A program made the translations under genes and the position numbers. Below are positions 11,660 to 24,600 of a DNA stretch of 64,000 nt, piece by piece (within the stretch, counting starts at the first letter, position 1; each line of letters opens with the position of its first letter). The notes beneath the pieces were generated by a model. It searched no databases and was not told the origin of the DNA. It was given only the letters and a program-made list of their open reading frames with translations. Source of the DNA: Basidiobolus meristosporus CBS 931.73 (Eukaryota; Fungi; Basidiobolomycota); the NCBI GenBank assembly GCA_002104905.1, contig MCFE01000350.1, positions 1 through 64,000 of the forward strand, given 5' to 3'.

Positions 11660-13746
11660 TCACTGTATCTTACAAGGTGTCTCGCTTAACCGGGTAGAAA
11701 CGTTATGTTCTATGGAGGCGTGGTTTTCATAAATGTACATGGCTTCAAACCGGGTGATTGGTTCTACTGGCTGCTTAGCATTAGGATCTGTATGAGCGGC
11801 AGATGAAGGGGTTGGGTTGACTGGTGGGAAGCCCTTTTGTGGGTTATGTGGGTCTTTGGTTGAAGACGGGGTTAGATTGTCAGGGGCTTTGGGACCGGAC
11901 GGAAGTTTTTTCGGCAGATCCTTTGACCGTGGTTGGGGATTCTTTACCGAGCTTGAAGCCATTCCGGTTGTTTGCGTTGTGTCTAATCCTGTTGAGATGC
12001 GTTGGTTGTCTATCACACTATCTCTAGGAAGAGATTCCATTGTGGATGTGGGGCCGCTGCCAATAAAACTCCTATTGAGCAAAGTATCGCGTTCTAATTG
12101 GTGGGATGGAGCAACGGTGGATGGATTTGACAAAGTTATATTATTATCAGAATTATTTGAGCTTGATCCGGGATTTTCGCTGACGGTCCGGTACGAGCCT
12201 GGTTGAATCCTAGGTGCCTGGCCATTTGATGTACACCGATTGTCAGCCTCAGTTGATTTTGGTTGCTCATGTACTTTTGCGGCATTGGGCGGGGTCTTTG
12301 TCACCGACGCCGTGTTCTTTGGAGCTGAATTGGAGGAGGCGGAGGTAGAAGCGATGGGGGGATGTTGAGCGGAAATAGTGGCACCATTGGCTAAAGGTGG
12401 GTTTCTGCTCTCAGCAATGAATGAAGTATTCAGGAAAGGTGGGTAATGTTTCAAGATTGTGGCGGCGTTTGGCGGGTTTGGCATGGTTGTAGAACGACTA
12501 CTACAAGCGCGATCTTTTGTAGGTTGCTGGCTTCTTGGCTGCGTGGTTGATGTGACTATTGGATGTTGCAATGGTATTGCTTGAACTGTAGTGGCAGTGT
12601 TCGAAGGAATCTGTTTAGGTGGCGGGGGCCTTGATATCAAAGGCTGAGAAGTAGCGGTCCAAGTGAGCGGTCTTACGTTGGATGCTGCGATTGGCTTTGG
12701 CTGCTTCTCTTTAGATGGTGGGTTAGGTGTTGATATAGCACTGCCTGTTGTTTCATTTGCCTTCATTATCTGAACAGCTGGCAACTTCTTTGGTTGTTCT
12801 TGAGACTGGCTTCCTGGCACTATATTAGAGCTGTTACGTGTACGCGTTTGAGAATTATTGAATGTTGGTGGACTAGGCTCACCAGTTGTAGTCGCTCTAG
12901 GGCCGTATATTGGATCTCTCGTTGGTGGGTGTATAATAGTGGCAATGGGTACTGTTTTTGGGCGAACGGAGACTGTTGCTCCGGCTGAAGGGGTTGTGGT
13001 GACGCTATTGTTGCTTACAGGGGCTGTCTTCCGCGTGGCTGATTCAGGTGGATATAGCGGTGCAGGTCTTTTCTTAGGAATGGCCGTGTTTTTATTACTG
13101 GGTTTACTGGTGAAAGTACGTTGATACTCCTTAGGGATTCCTTCCTGAGGATCCTCCAGCCATTCTTTACATTTCACCAGTGTATCGTACCATTTAGTTG
13201 TAAATACATCTTCCCATTTCTCGATGTTAAACCCCTCAAAATTGGTTGGAAACAGTTCTTTGCGGGCAACAAATCTGTAGAAACTTTGCAATTCCAGTTG
13301 CTTCTTGCGAAGGGACGCGCGATCTGGAAATAGCATATCCATATCTGAGAGAAAACCGTGTAGCTCGCTCAAGTTAGATGGGTGTCGATTCTTAAGATTG
13401 TTGACTGTGTCCCGCAGAAGGATCCGATCACGGAATATGCATAGTTGCGGACAGTACCACTTTATAAACCTTCCCTAAGAAATGGCAAATACATCAGCGC
13501 CAAAAGGGCCTTTGGTATCTTTTTGACAGCGGAAACACGTACCAACTTGAAAGTCGTGGGCTCCCAATGGAAATTAGACCCGTATTTCTCAAAGTAGACC
13601 TCCTTCATTGAGTTTACCCCCACTGAGGAATCACTTTCCTTTATAATTTCGTAGAACTGCTCGATCAATAGGGATTTGGCAGGGAACGTAAAAGTGACTC
13701 CATTATGCTGAGCGTTTAGCGATTGTCTTGGAGGAGCGTTAGACAT
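11660..13746 (-). CDS. Hypothetical protein: small N-terminal folded region plus long Ser/Thr/Pro-rich disordered region; intron ~13542-13475; 3' end may extend
   Basis: ORFs 13462..13746 and 11660..13372 join via a gtacgt donor and a ttcttag acceptor into one frame. Confidence 0.7.
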
Positions 13747-13957
13747 CCTTGATAGACAAACTTCAATTGCTATCTAAACAACTAATATATTAAAACGCCC
13801 AACCAGATGATCACTTTGTCTCGAAATTACAAAGCTTAAAATCTCATTGAATGAAGGTATATTGGCCACATTTAATCATGAACAAAGCATTTCTGTCTGA
13901 ATGGGAAATATTAAGCTCATTGAGGGCTCATGTGATGGATGGTTCCTAGGATGGTTC

Positions 13958-15163
13958 CTAAAATTGATTTCTGTATTCTTTCCATGCTTTTTGCATATTG
14001 TCCCACACGTATTTCTCGCCATATTTCATGTAAAGAAGCCCGAATCCAGCACCACCCAAGTGCGCCTATACAATCAGCGAGTCAATATAACTTCACACTA
14101 GATACGGAAGAGAAATGGGTCTTACATAGTGATCAAAGGTACTCCAACCTCTCAGGATTCCAAGCAAATCGAAGCTCATCATAGCTGGCAGTGCGTATCC
14201 AATTTTGATGGGGAGGAACGGAAGGAATATGAGAAATACCGAGGCCTGTGGGAACTGGTAAGCGCACGCGCTCAGGCACCCATAAATTGCACCAGAGGCG
14301 CCCAGGCTTGGGAAAACTGTTGCTTTGAAGCCTGCGGACACCAAATGGCTCACCAGAGAGGCGCCCAAGCCTGTAGATAGATAAAATGCTACGAATTGCT
14401 CAGGCCCTAAGATTCTCATGCATACTTCGCCGAAGGAGTATAAAGCAAACATGTTAAAGCCAAAATGCCAAAATTCTTGGTGACTAAAGGTGGATGTAAG
14501 GAGGGTAATGGAGCGTCCAGATAGTGGATGATGCAAAAACCATTTCGACATGAAGGGGGCCAATCTAGGGATTTGCCACATTCCAAATACCACAGTGTTG
14601 ATTCCAACCAAAACACTTAAGGTCCGTTGTGAGTCTGACAGTGTATTCCACTTATCCCAGGCAATGATGTAGATCCGTTTGAAGGCCAACGGCATTTCCC
14701 AATCAGCCACCTCTCTTAATTTTTGGCGATACCGTTGCCGATATTCCTCCACCTTGTCCCCTAACTGGGGGAAAGCTCCATTGCGCTCTTTCCAATCGAA
14801 TACCTGCTGCCAAAAGGATTTGTGTCGTTGTTCATAAATTATGGTAGAAACGCCGAAAGCCAAGGTTGAGGTAAATGCACAAAAGGCGATTGGCTGTAGG
14901 ATTTTTCTCTGGTTGTATTGCTGAAATGGGTTGACCTCTTCGAATACAGTCGGTATGCTTGGGGTTTGGGGATTGTGGTTGGTTAAAGGGGCCTTTTGCG
15001 AGGGAATCGGTTTATGTGGAGGAGAGGTTTTGGAACGCAGCAGTCTACTCTGCGAAAAAATGGTGTGACGACTTGGCGACTGCCTCATGTTATTTTTCGC
15101 AGCAACAATCCATGCTTGACGTTGTATTAAGGTGCTTCGACTTCTCCAGATCGCAGACAACAT
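13958..15163 (-). CDS. PCP1: Mitochondrial rhomboid protease (PARL/Pcp1)
   Basis: LLTSTFSHQEFWHFGFNMFAL, SLGASGAIYG (catalytic Ser), FDHY|AHLGG (catalytic His) across a short intron; basic N-terminal presequence. Confidence 0.9.
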
Positions 15164-15803
15164 TGCCTCTTGGAAAGTAGCAGAAATTTCACGCACTTAA
15201 TAAAATGATGTATGGGGTAATGTGAATTTTTGCATTATATATCGCAGGCTGATTCGTATGGGATGACTTAAGTTTTCCTTCCTATTCCATGCTCGCCTCA
15301 CTTGTACCCATAACCGTAACTGTTCCTAAACCCCGGCCATTTTTCATATTTGTATAAGTTAAATCCACTCAGAGAGTGGAAGTCAAAAAATTGAGACCAG
15401 TTCTCTTGAATGTTTCCCTTCCACGGAAATCTTTAGTAAAAGGCGAAAGATTTATCCGACAAGATGAAAAGGAAACGAGAACGAAGATACTGCTCTCCAG
15501 CGCATCGCACATGTATATATTTACTTTGGCGAATGCGGAAAACTTATGGGAGAATGAGAGCAGAGTGCCTAACGTGATGAACATTCATGAGTTTATGTAA
15601 AGATCAGCCTGCTGATTGGATGACAACGTTCGATGACGTTGGTACTAAAATTTATACTATCAAGTAGTTACTTCTGGAAAATGATGGAAATTCCAAACAA
15701 ATTCCAGATATTTAGTAAAGACGTCGTCAGCAACGATTCCTAGAACTGCAGATACGTTAATTTGCAACTTTTCTATTCTAAACCAACGTATTCTAACGAC
15801 GAA

Positions 15804-16451
15804 ATGACCAAGTAAGTAAAGGTGGTTCTCGATTGACCCTCGCTCTATTGACGCTGTTTATGCCTCTTAGATATCACCCTGAATTGCTCTGGGCTCAACG
15901 CACCGATGAGGTCTATTTGACCATCAATGTTCCTGATCTGAAAGACGAAACCATCAAGCTGGAAGAGAACCTTCTGAATTTCGAAGCAAAGGGCCCGGAC
16001 GGCCGTGAATACGCTTTTTCCTTAGAATTCTACGAGCCCATTAATCCCGAGGTAAGCTTCTCGACAACATGGGAGATTGTATTACTCTACTGACTAGAGT
16101 GAAACCAGACCTCGAAACGCTCTGTCAATGCCCGTAGTATCTCCATGGTCCTTGATAAAAAGGAGCACGACAAAGAGTTCTGGCCTCGTCTCCAGAAATC
16201 CTCACAAAAGATTCCCTTCTTGAAGACTGACTTCTCCAAATGGGTCGATGAGGATGAGGAGGAAGAAGCGCCTGGAAACTTTGACCTCCCACAAAACATG
16301 GATTTCTCCCAATTCGCTAGCGCTATGGGTGGAGGAGGAGTAAGTGAAAATTTATAGCGTCCACACAACGACCAGCGTCTAATTTGATCATTCCTAGATG
16401 ATGCCTCCAATGGGCGAAGAAGAGGACAGCGACGAGGAAGCTGAGCAGTAA
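15804..16451 (+). CDS. SBA1: Hsp90 co-chaperone p23 (Sba1/Wos2), 4 exons
   Basis: HPELLWAQRTDEVYLTI, FWPRLQK..KIPFLKTDFSKWVDEDEEE, acidic tail; GT-AG introns. Confidence 0.9.
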
Positions 16452-17165
16452 ACAGATTCTTTGATAATGAATTGTAAACCCTTTTTGCAATTGCTAGTAA
16501 GATAAACAGATTAGCAAGTTGGAATAAAACCACATTTCTCTTGATTTGAATGTTGTGTGCATGCTTGGCAGTGGATCCAACAGGTAATGAGAGTTCTAGA
16601 ACCACCATTCGATAGAGCCTGATAACGCATGAGCGCGGCTAAGGCGTGAATACTTAGCGTAGACACATATATTTAACCTAAATTGGAAATCTCCACCCAA
16701 ACCTAATTTTTTTCTATATTTGCTATTGTGACGAGCTTTGCATACTGACGAGCTGGTCCGATGAGAAGCGCACATCACGACCTAGACCTCCATGATTTTA
16801 GAAGTCTATTATAATAGAAACCAGCATACAACAGGCGCCTGATCCGATTAAATTGGTCAGTACAATATATGATTGGTTTCTATTTACAAAACAGGATCAT
16901 CGCGAGTGCTAAATGTCAGGTATAATATCGGTATCCCTGATAGACTGTAGAAGCTTCCATCTTTGTATATCTCAACATTGATCTATCTTTGGCAAAATTA
17001 CTTATTCTTGTGAACTCTCGATCACCTAGGAATGTCACAAGGGCCAAAATAGAACAGGATGAAATCGGCTCCGCAACTGAGCAGAAAACGAAAACTTTCT
17101 ATATATTGCGTGCCTGAAGCAACACGATCCTCCATCAAATTCCGATTTCCCAAACTCTAATTATC

Positions 17166-18017
17166 ATGTCACTCCCATTTTCCGACAAAGATTCCATAAA
17201 CACCGCCATTCATTCCAATCCTCTTCCTCGCTCTTACAATACCGCTGCGGAGGTTGAACAGGAGATTTGCAACATTGCCATCCACAAAGCTGAGCGTACT
17301 TGGTATGGCCAGTGTCTGAACGGATTCATGGCCGGTGTCTTCGTTGCTCTAATCGGTACCTTTGCCTACACCGCCGGCGGTGGTTTGGACCCCGCTTTTA
17401 CCGCAGCCTATCCTTCCATCCAGAAAATCATCTATGGTGCCTGCTTCTCAAGTGCCTTGCTGTTCATCATCATTTTTGGTGGCGACCTTTTCACTGGCAA
17501 CTCCATGATTATGTTCGTTGGTGTCATCCATCGAAAGGTCACCATTCTCCAACTCGCCTGGAACTGGTTCCTTATTTTCTTCAGCAACCTTGCCGGTGCG
17601 CTTCTTGCCACCTACCTATTTGCCTACCTCACCGACCAATTTGCCGCGGAGCCTTGGTTGTCATGGGTGGTGCATAATGCCGAGCACAAGATTAGCTATT
17701 CATTCGGAGTCGCCTTCCTCAAGGCCATTCCTGCCAACGCGTTTGTCTGCTTCGGCGTGTACCTTGGCCTGACTGCTCGCGACATCACAGGGAAGTTCAT
17801 CTGCTTCTGGTGGCCAGTGTTTGCCTTTGCAGTGTGTGGCTTCGAGCACTCCATCGCCAACATGTTCTACATCCCAGTCGGGATGTTGTATGGCGCCCAC
17901 GTCACAGTAGCCGACTTTATTGTTAAGAATCTGATTCCAGTTGTGTTAGGCAACATTGTTGGCGGAGCAGTTGTTGTCGGACTGACAGCTTATGGCCTCA
18001 ATCCCAAGCACGATTAG
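17166..18017 (+). CDS. Formate/nitrite transporter (FNT) family channel, paralog 1, intronless
   Basis: GGDLFTGN and GFEHSIANMF motifs, N..GA helix motif, LGNIVGG. Confidence 0.95.
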   Translation: MSLPFSDKDSINTAIHSNPLPRSYNTAAEVEQEICNIAIHKAERTWYGQCLNGFMAGVFVALIGTFAYTAGGGLDPAFTAAYPSIQKIIYGACFSSALLFIIIFGGDLFTGNSMIMFVGVIHRKVTILQLAWNWFLIFFSNLAGALLATYLFAYLTDQFAAEPWLSWVVHNAEHKISYSFGVAFLKAIPANAFVCFGVYLGLTARDITGKFICFWWPVFAFAVCGFEHSIANMFYIPVGMLYGAHVTVADFIVKNLIPVVLGNIVGGAVVVGLTAYGLNPKHD

Positions 18018-18766
18018 GATCGTCATGGTCATTAATATTGTATATATAGATAGCAGCTATTAATAAAGTACTTCTAATAGACACTCTTGCTACTTAATTT
18101 CATATCCGGAATGGAACTACAAACGAGAATTTGGGATGAAAAGGAGAGTTTCCCCGCAGGCGTATGTGACCTGGGCCTACGCATTACCTAAGCTTTGGAA
18201 ACACCGCTCAATACAAATGTTGGTCTATGACGGTATCTATTATAGCCTATATTGGACATGACACACAAGTAGAGCCATTTATGACACCCATTTAGACAAT
18301 TCTTAATTACTGCCATATCAATGAGTTTTCCCCAAATAAGTAATCCGGCTTGCTAAAATCCAACCTACTGAACTTCCAAATTAGGGTGGATGACGGCAAT
18401 ATAACTTGCTTTGTGCTAGCTGTCACTGTAGACCGAGAACCTCGCTTATCTATCGCAGTAACAATCAACGAGATCATGGAAGTAAGTGGTGTATTATGCC
18501 CCAGAAAATATGGATGATTTCATAGCCGATTGGCTTCAACCTTAATTTAAGCTTACTGCGCTAAATATGGGAAAGCAAGGCTAGATAGTGTGGCTAGTTC
18601 AGTCGGAAGCCATGTGTCGTGCTTAAAGGTTCATGGTATCCATATTCTAGTCACCTACTGAAAGCACTTCTCGAAGAACTGTGGCGACACTATAAAAAGT
18701 GCGTTATTTGCCACAGAAGTTTATCCTTAGCTATCAATTTCATTCTTCTGCTGATATTGAATCAAC

Positions 18767-19618
18767 ATGTCACTTCCGTTTACTGACAAAGATTCAAGTG
18801 AAACCACCGTGTGCAGTAAATCGTTGCCACGAATGTACAACAATGCTGCTGAGGTCGAGCAGGAGATTTGCAACATTGCCATCCACAAAGCTGAGCGTAC
18901 TTGGTATGGCCAGTGTCTGAACGGATTCATGGCCGGTGTCTTCGTTGCTCTAATCGGTACCTTTGCCTACACCGCCGGCGGTGGTTTGGACCCCGCTTTT
19001 ACCGCAGTCTATCCATCTCTTCAGAAAATCATCTATGGTGCCTGCTTCTCAAGCGCCTTGCTGTTCATCATCATGTTTGGTGGCGACCTTTTCACTGGCA
19101 ACTCCATGATTATGTTCGTTGGTGTCATCCATCGAAAGGTCACCATTCTCCAACTCGCCTGGAACTGGTTCCTTATTTTCTTCAGCAACCTTGCCGGTGC
19201 GCTTCTTGCCACCTACCTATTTGCCTACCTCACCGACCAATTTGCCGCGGAGCCTTGGTTGTCGTGGGTGGTGCATAATGCCGAGCACAAGATTAGCTAT
19301 TCATTCGGAGTCGCCTTCCTCAAGGCCATTCCTGCCAACGCGTTTGTCTGCTTCGGTGTGTACCTTGGCCTGACTGCTCGCGACATCACAGGGAAGTTCA
19401 TCTGCTTCTGGTGGCCAGTGTTTGCCTTTGCAGTGTGTGGCTTCGAGCACTCCATCGCCAACATGTTCTACATCCCAGTCGGGATGTTGTATGGCGCCCA
19501 CGTCACAGTAGCCGACTTTATTGTTAAGAATCTGATTCCAGTTGTGTTAGGCAACATTGTTGGCGGAGCAGTTGTTGTCGGACTGACAGCTTATGGCCTC
19601 AACCCTAAGCACCACTAA
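18767..19618 (+). CDS. FNT family channel, paralog 2, intronless
   Basis: Same motifs; 283 aa; near-identical to paralog 1 after about codon 32. Confidence 0.95.
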   Translation: MSLPFTDKDSSETTVCSKSLPRMYNNAAEVEQEICNIAIHKAERTWYGQCLNGFMAGVFVALIGTFAYTAGGGLDPAFTAVYPSLQKIIYGACFSSALLFIIMFGGDLFTGNSMIMFVGVIHRKVTILQLAWNWFLIFFSNLAGALLATYLFAYLTDQFAAEPWLSWVVHNAEHKISYSFGVAFLKAIPANAFVCFGVYLGLTARDITGKFICFWWPVFAFAVCGFEHSIANMFYIPVGMLYGAHVTVADFIVKNLIPVVLGNIVGGAVVVGLTAYGLNPKHH

Positions 19619-20525
19619 ATTACAGCCCTATCTCGATAATGAGGTTAATTTTAGATGTATATAATATAGGACAATCACATTATGAAATAAATATTTCAAA
19701 TATGCACCATTGTTAAGTGACCAGGCAACATCAATGCTACTATACTGTGCTATGGAGCGATATTTGGCATTACGCTAGCCACCCCAGAAGGCTAGACTGT
19801 ATTGATTTAGGTAGTAATTAATAGTTTATCTAGAAAATCGGGTCGGGTCGGAGTGGGACCATCGTCGGGGAATTTCGGGAGCTCCAACAATAAGGTCAAT
19901 TCTTGAGTTAGCCCAGGATCTAGGCCTGTTTGTGGGGGAATTGAAGAGTATAGTGCCATTAGACTTGCCATTAGGCTTAATGATACAGCGTAGTATATAT
20001 TTGGCTTGGTAAGGGTTAACCTAAAGTCGACCTGCCAAAAGACCCGAAGTTGCGCTGGATATCTTTCGGGAGACTAGCAGCCCAAACAACCACATTTGAA
20101 ACTGTCAAGTCTATGGCATTATTCCACCTTTCAGGTGGAAGAACTAATTACGCCGCAGCGCTAGTTTTTGGGTGGAGATGGGCGGTTGTGATCGAATGCC
20201 TTACTAGAGACCCCACATATTTGAGGGCTTCCACCATCTAGACTAGGAATGTTTCATACATTCCACTTATTTACATAAATTGATTAGGCCGGAACGAAGA
20301 TTACATAAATCGGCTCTCATATCCAGCGATCAAGTTGCCTTACTTAACTCAGGTACTGCTATGGCTTATGGAGGTATCCAGAAAGAGTACCTTCCAGCGA
20401 TGTGTGACTGCTTCTTCAAGAAAGCATTCCACTTCACATGGAGCGGGTTCATTTTGTATATAAAGATGCGGTCCACGACTCATATCCTCACTGTAGTATA
20501 TTCTCAACTCCTAAACCATCAAAAC

Positions 20526-21377
20526 ATGCTTCTTCCATTCACTGAAAAGGATCTTTTGGAAAACGAAGATCACTCAAGTCCCCTGCCCCGAATGTTCAAC
20601 ACAGCTGCAGAAGTCGAGCACGAAATAGCCAACATCGCTCGTCACAAGGCGGAACGAACCTGGTACGGCCAATGCATGCACGGGTTCATGGCCGGCTTCT
20701 TCATTGCATTCATTGGTACATTTGCATACACCACCGGTGGCGGCTTAGATCCCGCCTTCACCGCCGCTTATCCCTCCGTTCAGAAAATCATCTTCGGTGC
20801 ATGCTTCTCCAGTGCGCTGCTGTTCATCATCATCTTTGGTGGCGACCTATTTACCGGCAATTCCATGATCATGTTCGTTGGTGTCATCCATCGAAAGGTC
20901 ACCATCCTCCAACTCGCCTGGAACTGGTTCCTGGTTTTCTTCAGCAATCTTGCTGGGGCTTTGATCACTGCCTACCTGTTTGCCTATCTTACCGATCAAT
21001 TTGCCGCGGAGCCATGGTTGTCCTGGATAATCAAGAACACTGAGCTCAAAGTCACCTACTCCTTCGGAGTTGCATTCCTCAAGGCCATTCCTGCCAACGC
21101 GTTTGTCTGCTTCGGCGTGTACCTTGGCCTCACTGCTCGCGATGTCACTGGCAAGTTCATCTGCTTTTGGTGGCCAGGGTTCGCCTTCACTGTGTGTGGC
21201 TTCGAGCACTCCATCGCCAACATGTTCTACATCCCAATCGGGATGATGTACGGAGCCAAGGTCACCGTAGGCACCTTTATCGTGAAGAACATGATCCCCG
21301 TTGTACTAGGCAACGTCGTGGGCGGTGCCGTAGTAGTCGGCCTCTCCGCCTATGCGCTTAATCCCAGAAAGCACTAG
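20526..21377 (+). CDS. FNT family channel, paralog 3, intronless (true start ATG 20526)
   Basis: Same motifs; ATG 20526 gives the same 852-bp length as paralogs 1 and 2. Confidence 0.93.
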   Translation: MLLPFTEKDLLENEDHSSPLPRMFNTAAEVEHEIANIARHKAERTWYGQCMHGFMAGFFIAFIGTFAYTTGGGLDPAFTAAYPSVQKIIFGACFSSALLFIIIFGGDLFTGNSMIMFVGVIHRKVTILQLAWNWFLVFFSNLAGALITAYLFAYLTDQFAAEPWLSWIIKNTELKVTYSFGVAFLKAIPANAFVCFGVYLGLTARDVTGKFICFWWPGFAFTVCGFEHSIANMFYIPIGMMYGAKVTVGTFIVKNMIPVVLGNVVGGAVVVGLSAYALNPRKH

Positions 21378-21507
21378 ATGAGCCGCAAATGGCGAGCTGT
21401 AATATAGTTGTCCAGAGCTCACTTGCATTGTTTATTTTGATCATTTCATCTCTCCATCTCTAAATAAAATGGCTATGTTTACATTGGGTGTGTGTCGTAT
21501 ATACAAA

Positions 21508-23053
21508 TCAATGGATCAATTGGTTGAAAATCTCCCACACCGTGTCCTGTACATATATAGGCTTTCCCTGGCCATCCAGCGAGCCTGGTACCTTCACTGG
21601 GATGATGCCTAGATCTTGGATGGCCTGGGGTTCCACCGGAATCTGCGAATTATCCAGGTAGAGCAGATGGGTGATGAATTTGCTGGGTGGCTCAGGGGTG
21701 ATACTCGGCGAGATCGGGAAGGTGAGTGCCTGTTCGGCTAAAACGGTGGGTGACTTGCATTCCGCATGCACGGCCGAAGCATCCACTTGTCTGGAAAAAT
21801 TCAGGCCGTTGGTAATCGCTTGGATGAAGTCGATGGCGGTGTAGCCATCTACCTCTCGATCGTGGGAGCCATTCAACATCAGGATCTTGTTCCGCAATGT
21901 ACGTGAGTTGGCAACGGCATTTCCAACCCCGCGTAGGACCAAGCAGGGCATAATCGATGTGTAAAGCGAGCCAATCGAGTACAGCAGGGTACGCTTGGTA
22001 TTGAGGAATTGGATGCATTTTGGATTGGCTCGGGGGAAGATCTCCTGGCCGTACTCATTGATGTAGTATATGCGCTCGATACGCGACGGCAGCTTTCCGC
22101 AATCATTCTTGTCGAAAATGATATTCGAGTTGACCTTGGCCAGCATATTGTTGGTCTTCACGTTACTAGGAAGCGAATCTCCCCCTCGCGGTTGGACTGA
22201 CGGGTGCGATATTTCGCACTGTCCGACAATGGTGGATTCGTCCGCAAGCAGTGCCGCTATGGTGACCATGTGATTGGTGCTGATCATAGGTATCACCGTG
22301 GTTGGCTCCGAGATACCAGTGATTGCAGCGAACAGAAATATCCCTGCTTCCAGAGAATTGAAGAAGAGTCGGGCGCCAGTGAGAAAGAAGTTCCCGATGC
22401 TTCCGTTGCGATAATCGAACCGTTTGTGAGCGCGCTTTAGGATTTCAAAATGGAACAACGTTAGGAAGCCCCGAATGGTCTCTTTTTTCTCCACCGAGAT
22501 TTCGTTCCACAATCTAGAGACGAAGATAAGCAACTGTGCCTGTTTTCTCGCTACTTTAAGCTACTTACGTATGCGTGCCTTCAACGATGTCCGTCCACTC
22601 CTGGCGGATCAAGGCTTCTTCCCCTTTTTCCGGCAACCGGTAACTCAAAAGCTCTTTGATGGCCTTTCGCTCGGCGATCGTTTCCTCGTCCCCATCTTGG
22701 GTATTGATTAGTCTTGTCAAACGCGACCTCAAATCTCCGATGCTAGGCCCACCGGTTACACGAAGGATTTCACTCTGAAAGTATGCAAATAAGGCATTAA
22801 GGGCTGGATTCTCAAGCGCGCGCCCTCGCAAGGCTACTGGTTATGTACTTACGGTCGAGCCACCGTTATCCGATACCCCAAGGATATATGAGGTATTTGT
22901 GGTGATTGATTGCAGTACTTGACACAGAGAATTACAGGCTGAGCCACCGGAAAATACAAATATCGACCTGGTTGAAGGGTTATGACAACAAGGTATGGGG
23001 GAGGTAGAACGACTCGAGGCAGTATTGATGGAACCGCTCAAGGACATTGACAT
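21508..23053 (-). CDS. CofD/YvcK (UPF0052)-family protein, YNL011C-like, multi-exon
   Basis: VFSGGSACN...YILGVSDNGGST, GDLRSRLTRL, GSIGNFFLTGARLFF, GQCEISHP, LLYSIGSLYTSI.PCL.L.GVG. Confidence 0.85.
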
Positions 23054-23398
23054 GATTTCTTGAATATTTGATGTTTATTGAATCGTGTGTACTGGAGCAC
23101 CTTATAAATCATAAATCCATGATGCTCACATAACGTAGCATCATGTGAATGGACAAAGATGCGGTTGATATTACTGTGCAATTAAGATTAATATGGTAGC
23201 GCCAGAAATAAATATCCAATTTGACTGCACAACTATATTAAGATTTGTTCCATCACACAGCCTGTTTACAAATGCAACAGAGGAATACCACAGTGACCAA
23301 CATCAATGCCATTGATCGGTGTTGCGCAATCTAACAAATCTCCCCGCGCGCATGATCAACAGGTGAGTCCAAATCGTTGGAAACAATTGGTAAAAGAG

Positions 23399-24364
23399 TC
23401 ACACTATACACCTTTTCTACAGACGATTCCAAATCCTTGATAACAATGGGTAAAAGAGTGAATCGAATAGAGAGTAGTCTGAATTGAGTTACAGCAATCA
23501 TATGCTGCCTCGCGTATTGCACTTCATAGCGCTGCCACCGAGGAGTCTTCCCAACGCCATCCTGGTCAACGTCTGCGCAATGAAACGCTTCAACCGCCAT
23601 GCGACCAGGACACCGTGCATTGCTGTTGACTCCAACGCCCATGAATTCATAGGCGGCTCCGCTAGAGCAAGCTGGCTTTTCTCAGACCTTCACCAAGGGC
23701 CGTATGCATATACGAATATGATAGACGAGGCTCTATCCGTTTGTTTACCCCTAAACGCAAGCTTCCACCCGATTCAGTAGTGGGTGACCTACTTTCCCTC
23801 TTAACCACTCCAGATTTAGGCCAGCTCGCACTTGTGGGACGGTGCTATATTTTCATCAAGGCTCGACCAATACTGTAAGATCAACGAAATTTGATCAGTG
23901 TGAACAGTGACAAATTTTTCAGCGATTATTTACATGTTCCTTTCTTGAGCCAAACTTCTAGGGTTACTACCCATCAATATTAATAATATGTTTTTGTTTG
24001 AAAGATATGGCCAGGACTCAGGATGGCCTGACCTAACTACAAATTTGCGTAGATTATGTTTCCATGATATTTGAATGTAGTGATAACGAACAGTTGATAG
24101 GTTCTGGCTTTGAATTGTAGGATACTAACACGCTCAGCTATCTCGATGCAATCAGGAACTCAAGACCGCTCCAAAAGCTTCCATCCCCTAAAGGCTTCAG
24201 CTAGTGGTGCAATCAACAACGAGACTCCCGCCAGTGGCATCCCAATATCATCAGCGCGTGATATGTATATTAATTGTAATTGCAGTCTTAGGTTATAACT
24301 AAGACGTGAGGAAACAAACATGAATCGAGCCCAGTATTTATTGAATCCACTGTTCTATGGGAAA
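23399..24364 (+). repeat. Dispersed repeat copy 1 (blocks 23399-23947 and 24129-24364) containing an F-box-like pseudogene fragment
   Basis: Highly similar to 34782-35330 and 35691-35926; frame LPPDSVVGDLLSLLTTPDLGQLALVGR..ARPIL* has an in-frame stop where copy 2 has Tyr. Confidence 0.85.
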
Positions 24365-24600
24365 GGGTTATTTGATGATATCAATAATATTTCGGTGAGA
24401 ATATTTCGGTGTATATGCTCAATACCAGGTTAATCAAGGCGATCAATGTATTGAATAAATCCCTAGTGGTTTAGTGATGATACATGAAAAAAGTGGTAAA
24501 AAGGGAAATCCGATTTTTTGTTGCTGATACTCATTAATCAATTGAACCTGTTTAAACCTCTACTCCCGCCTAATAGACTTGCAAAGTATTCTCTATAACG

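Noticed and set aside
23484-23780. Identical 98-aa ORF at 23484 and 34867 as a novel small protein
   Set aside because: Non-ATG start, no domain recognised; identity is explained by the recent DNA duplication, and it lies upstream of the F-box-like frame
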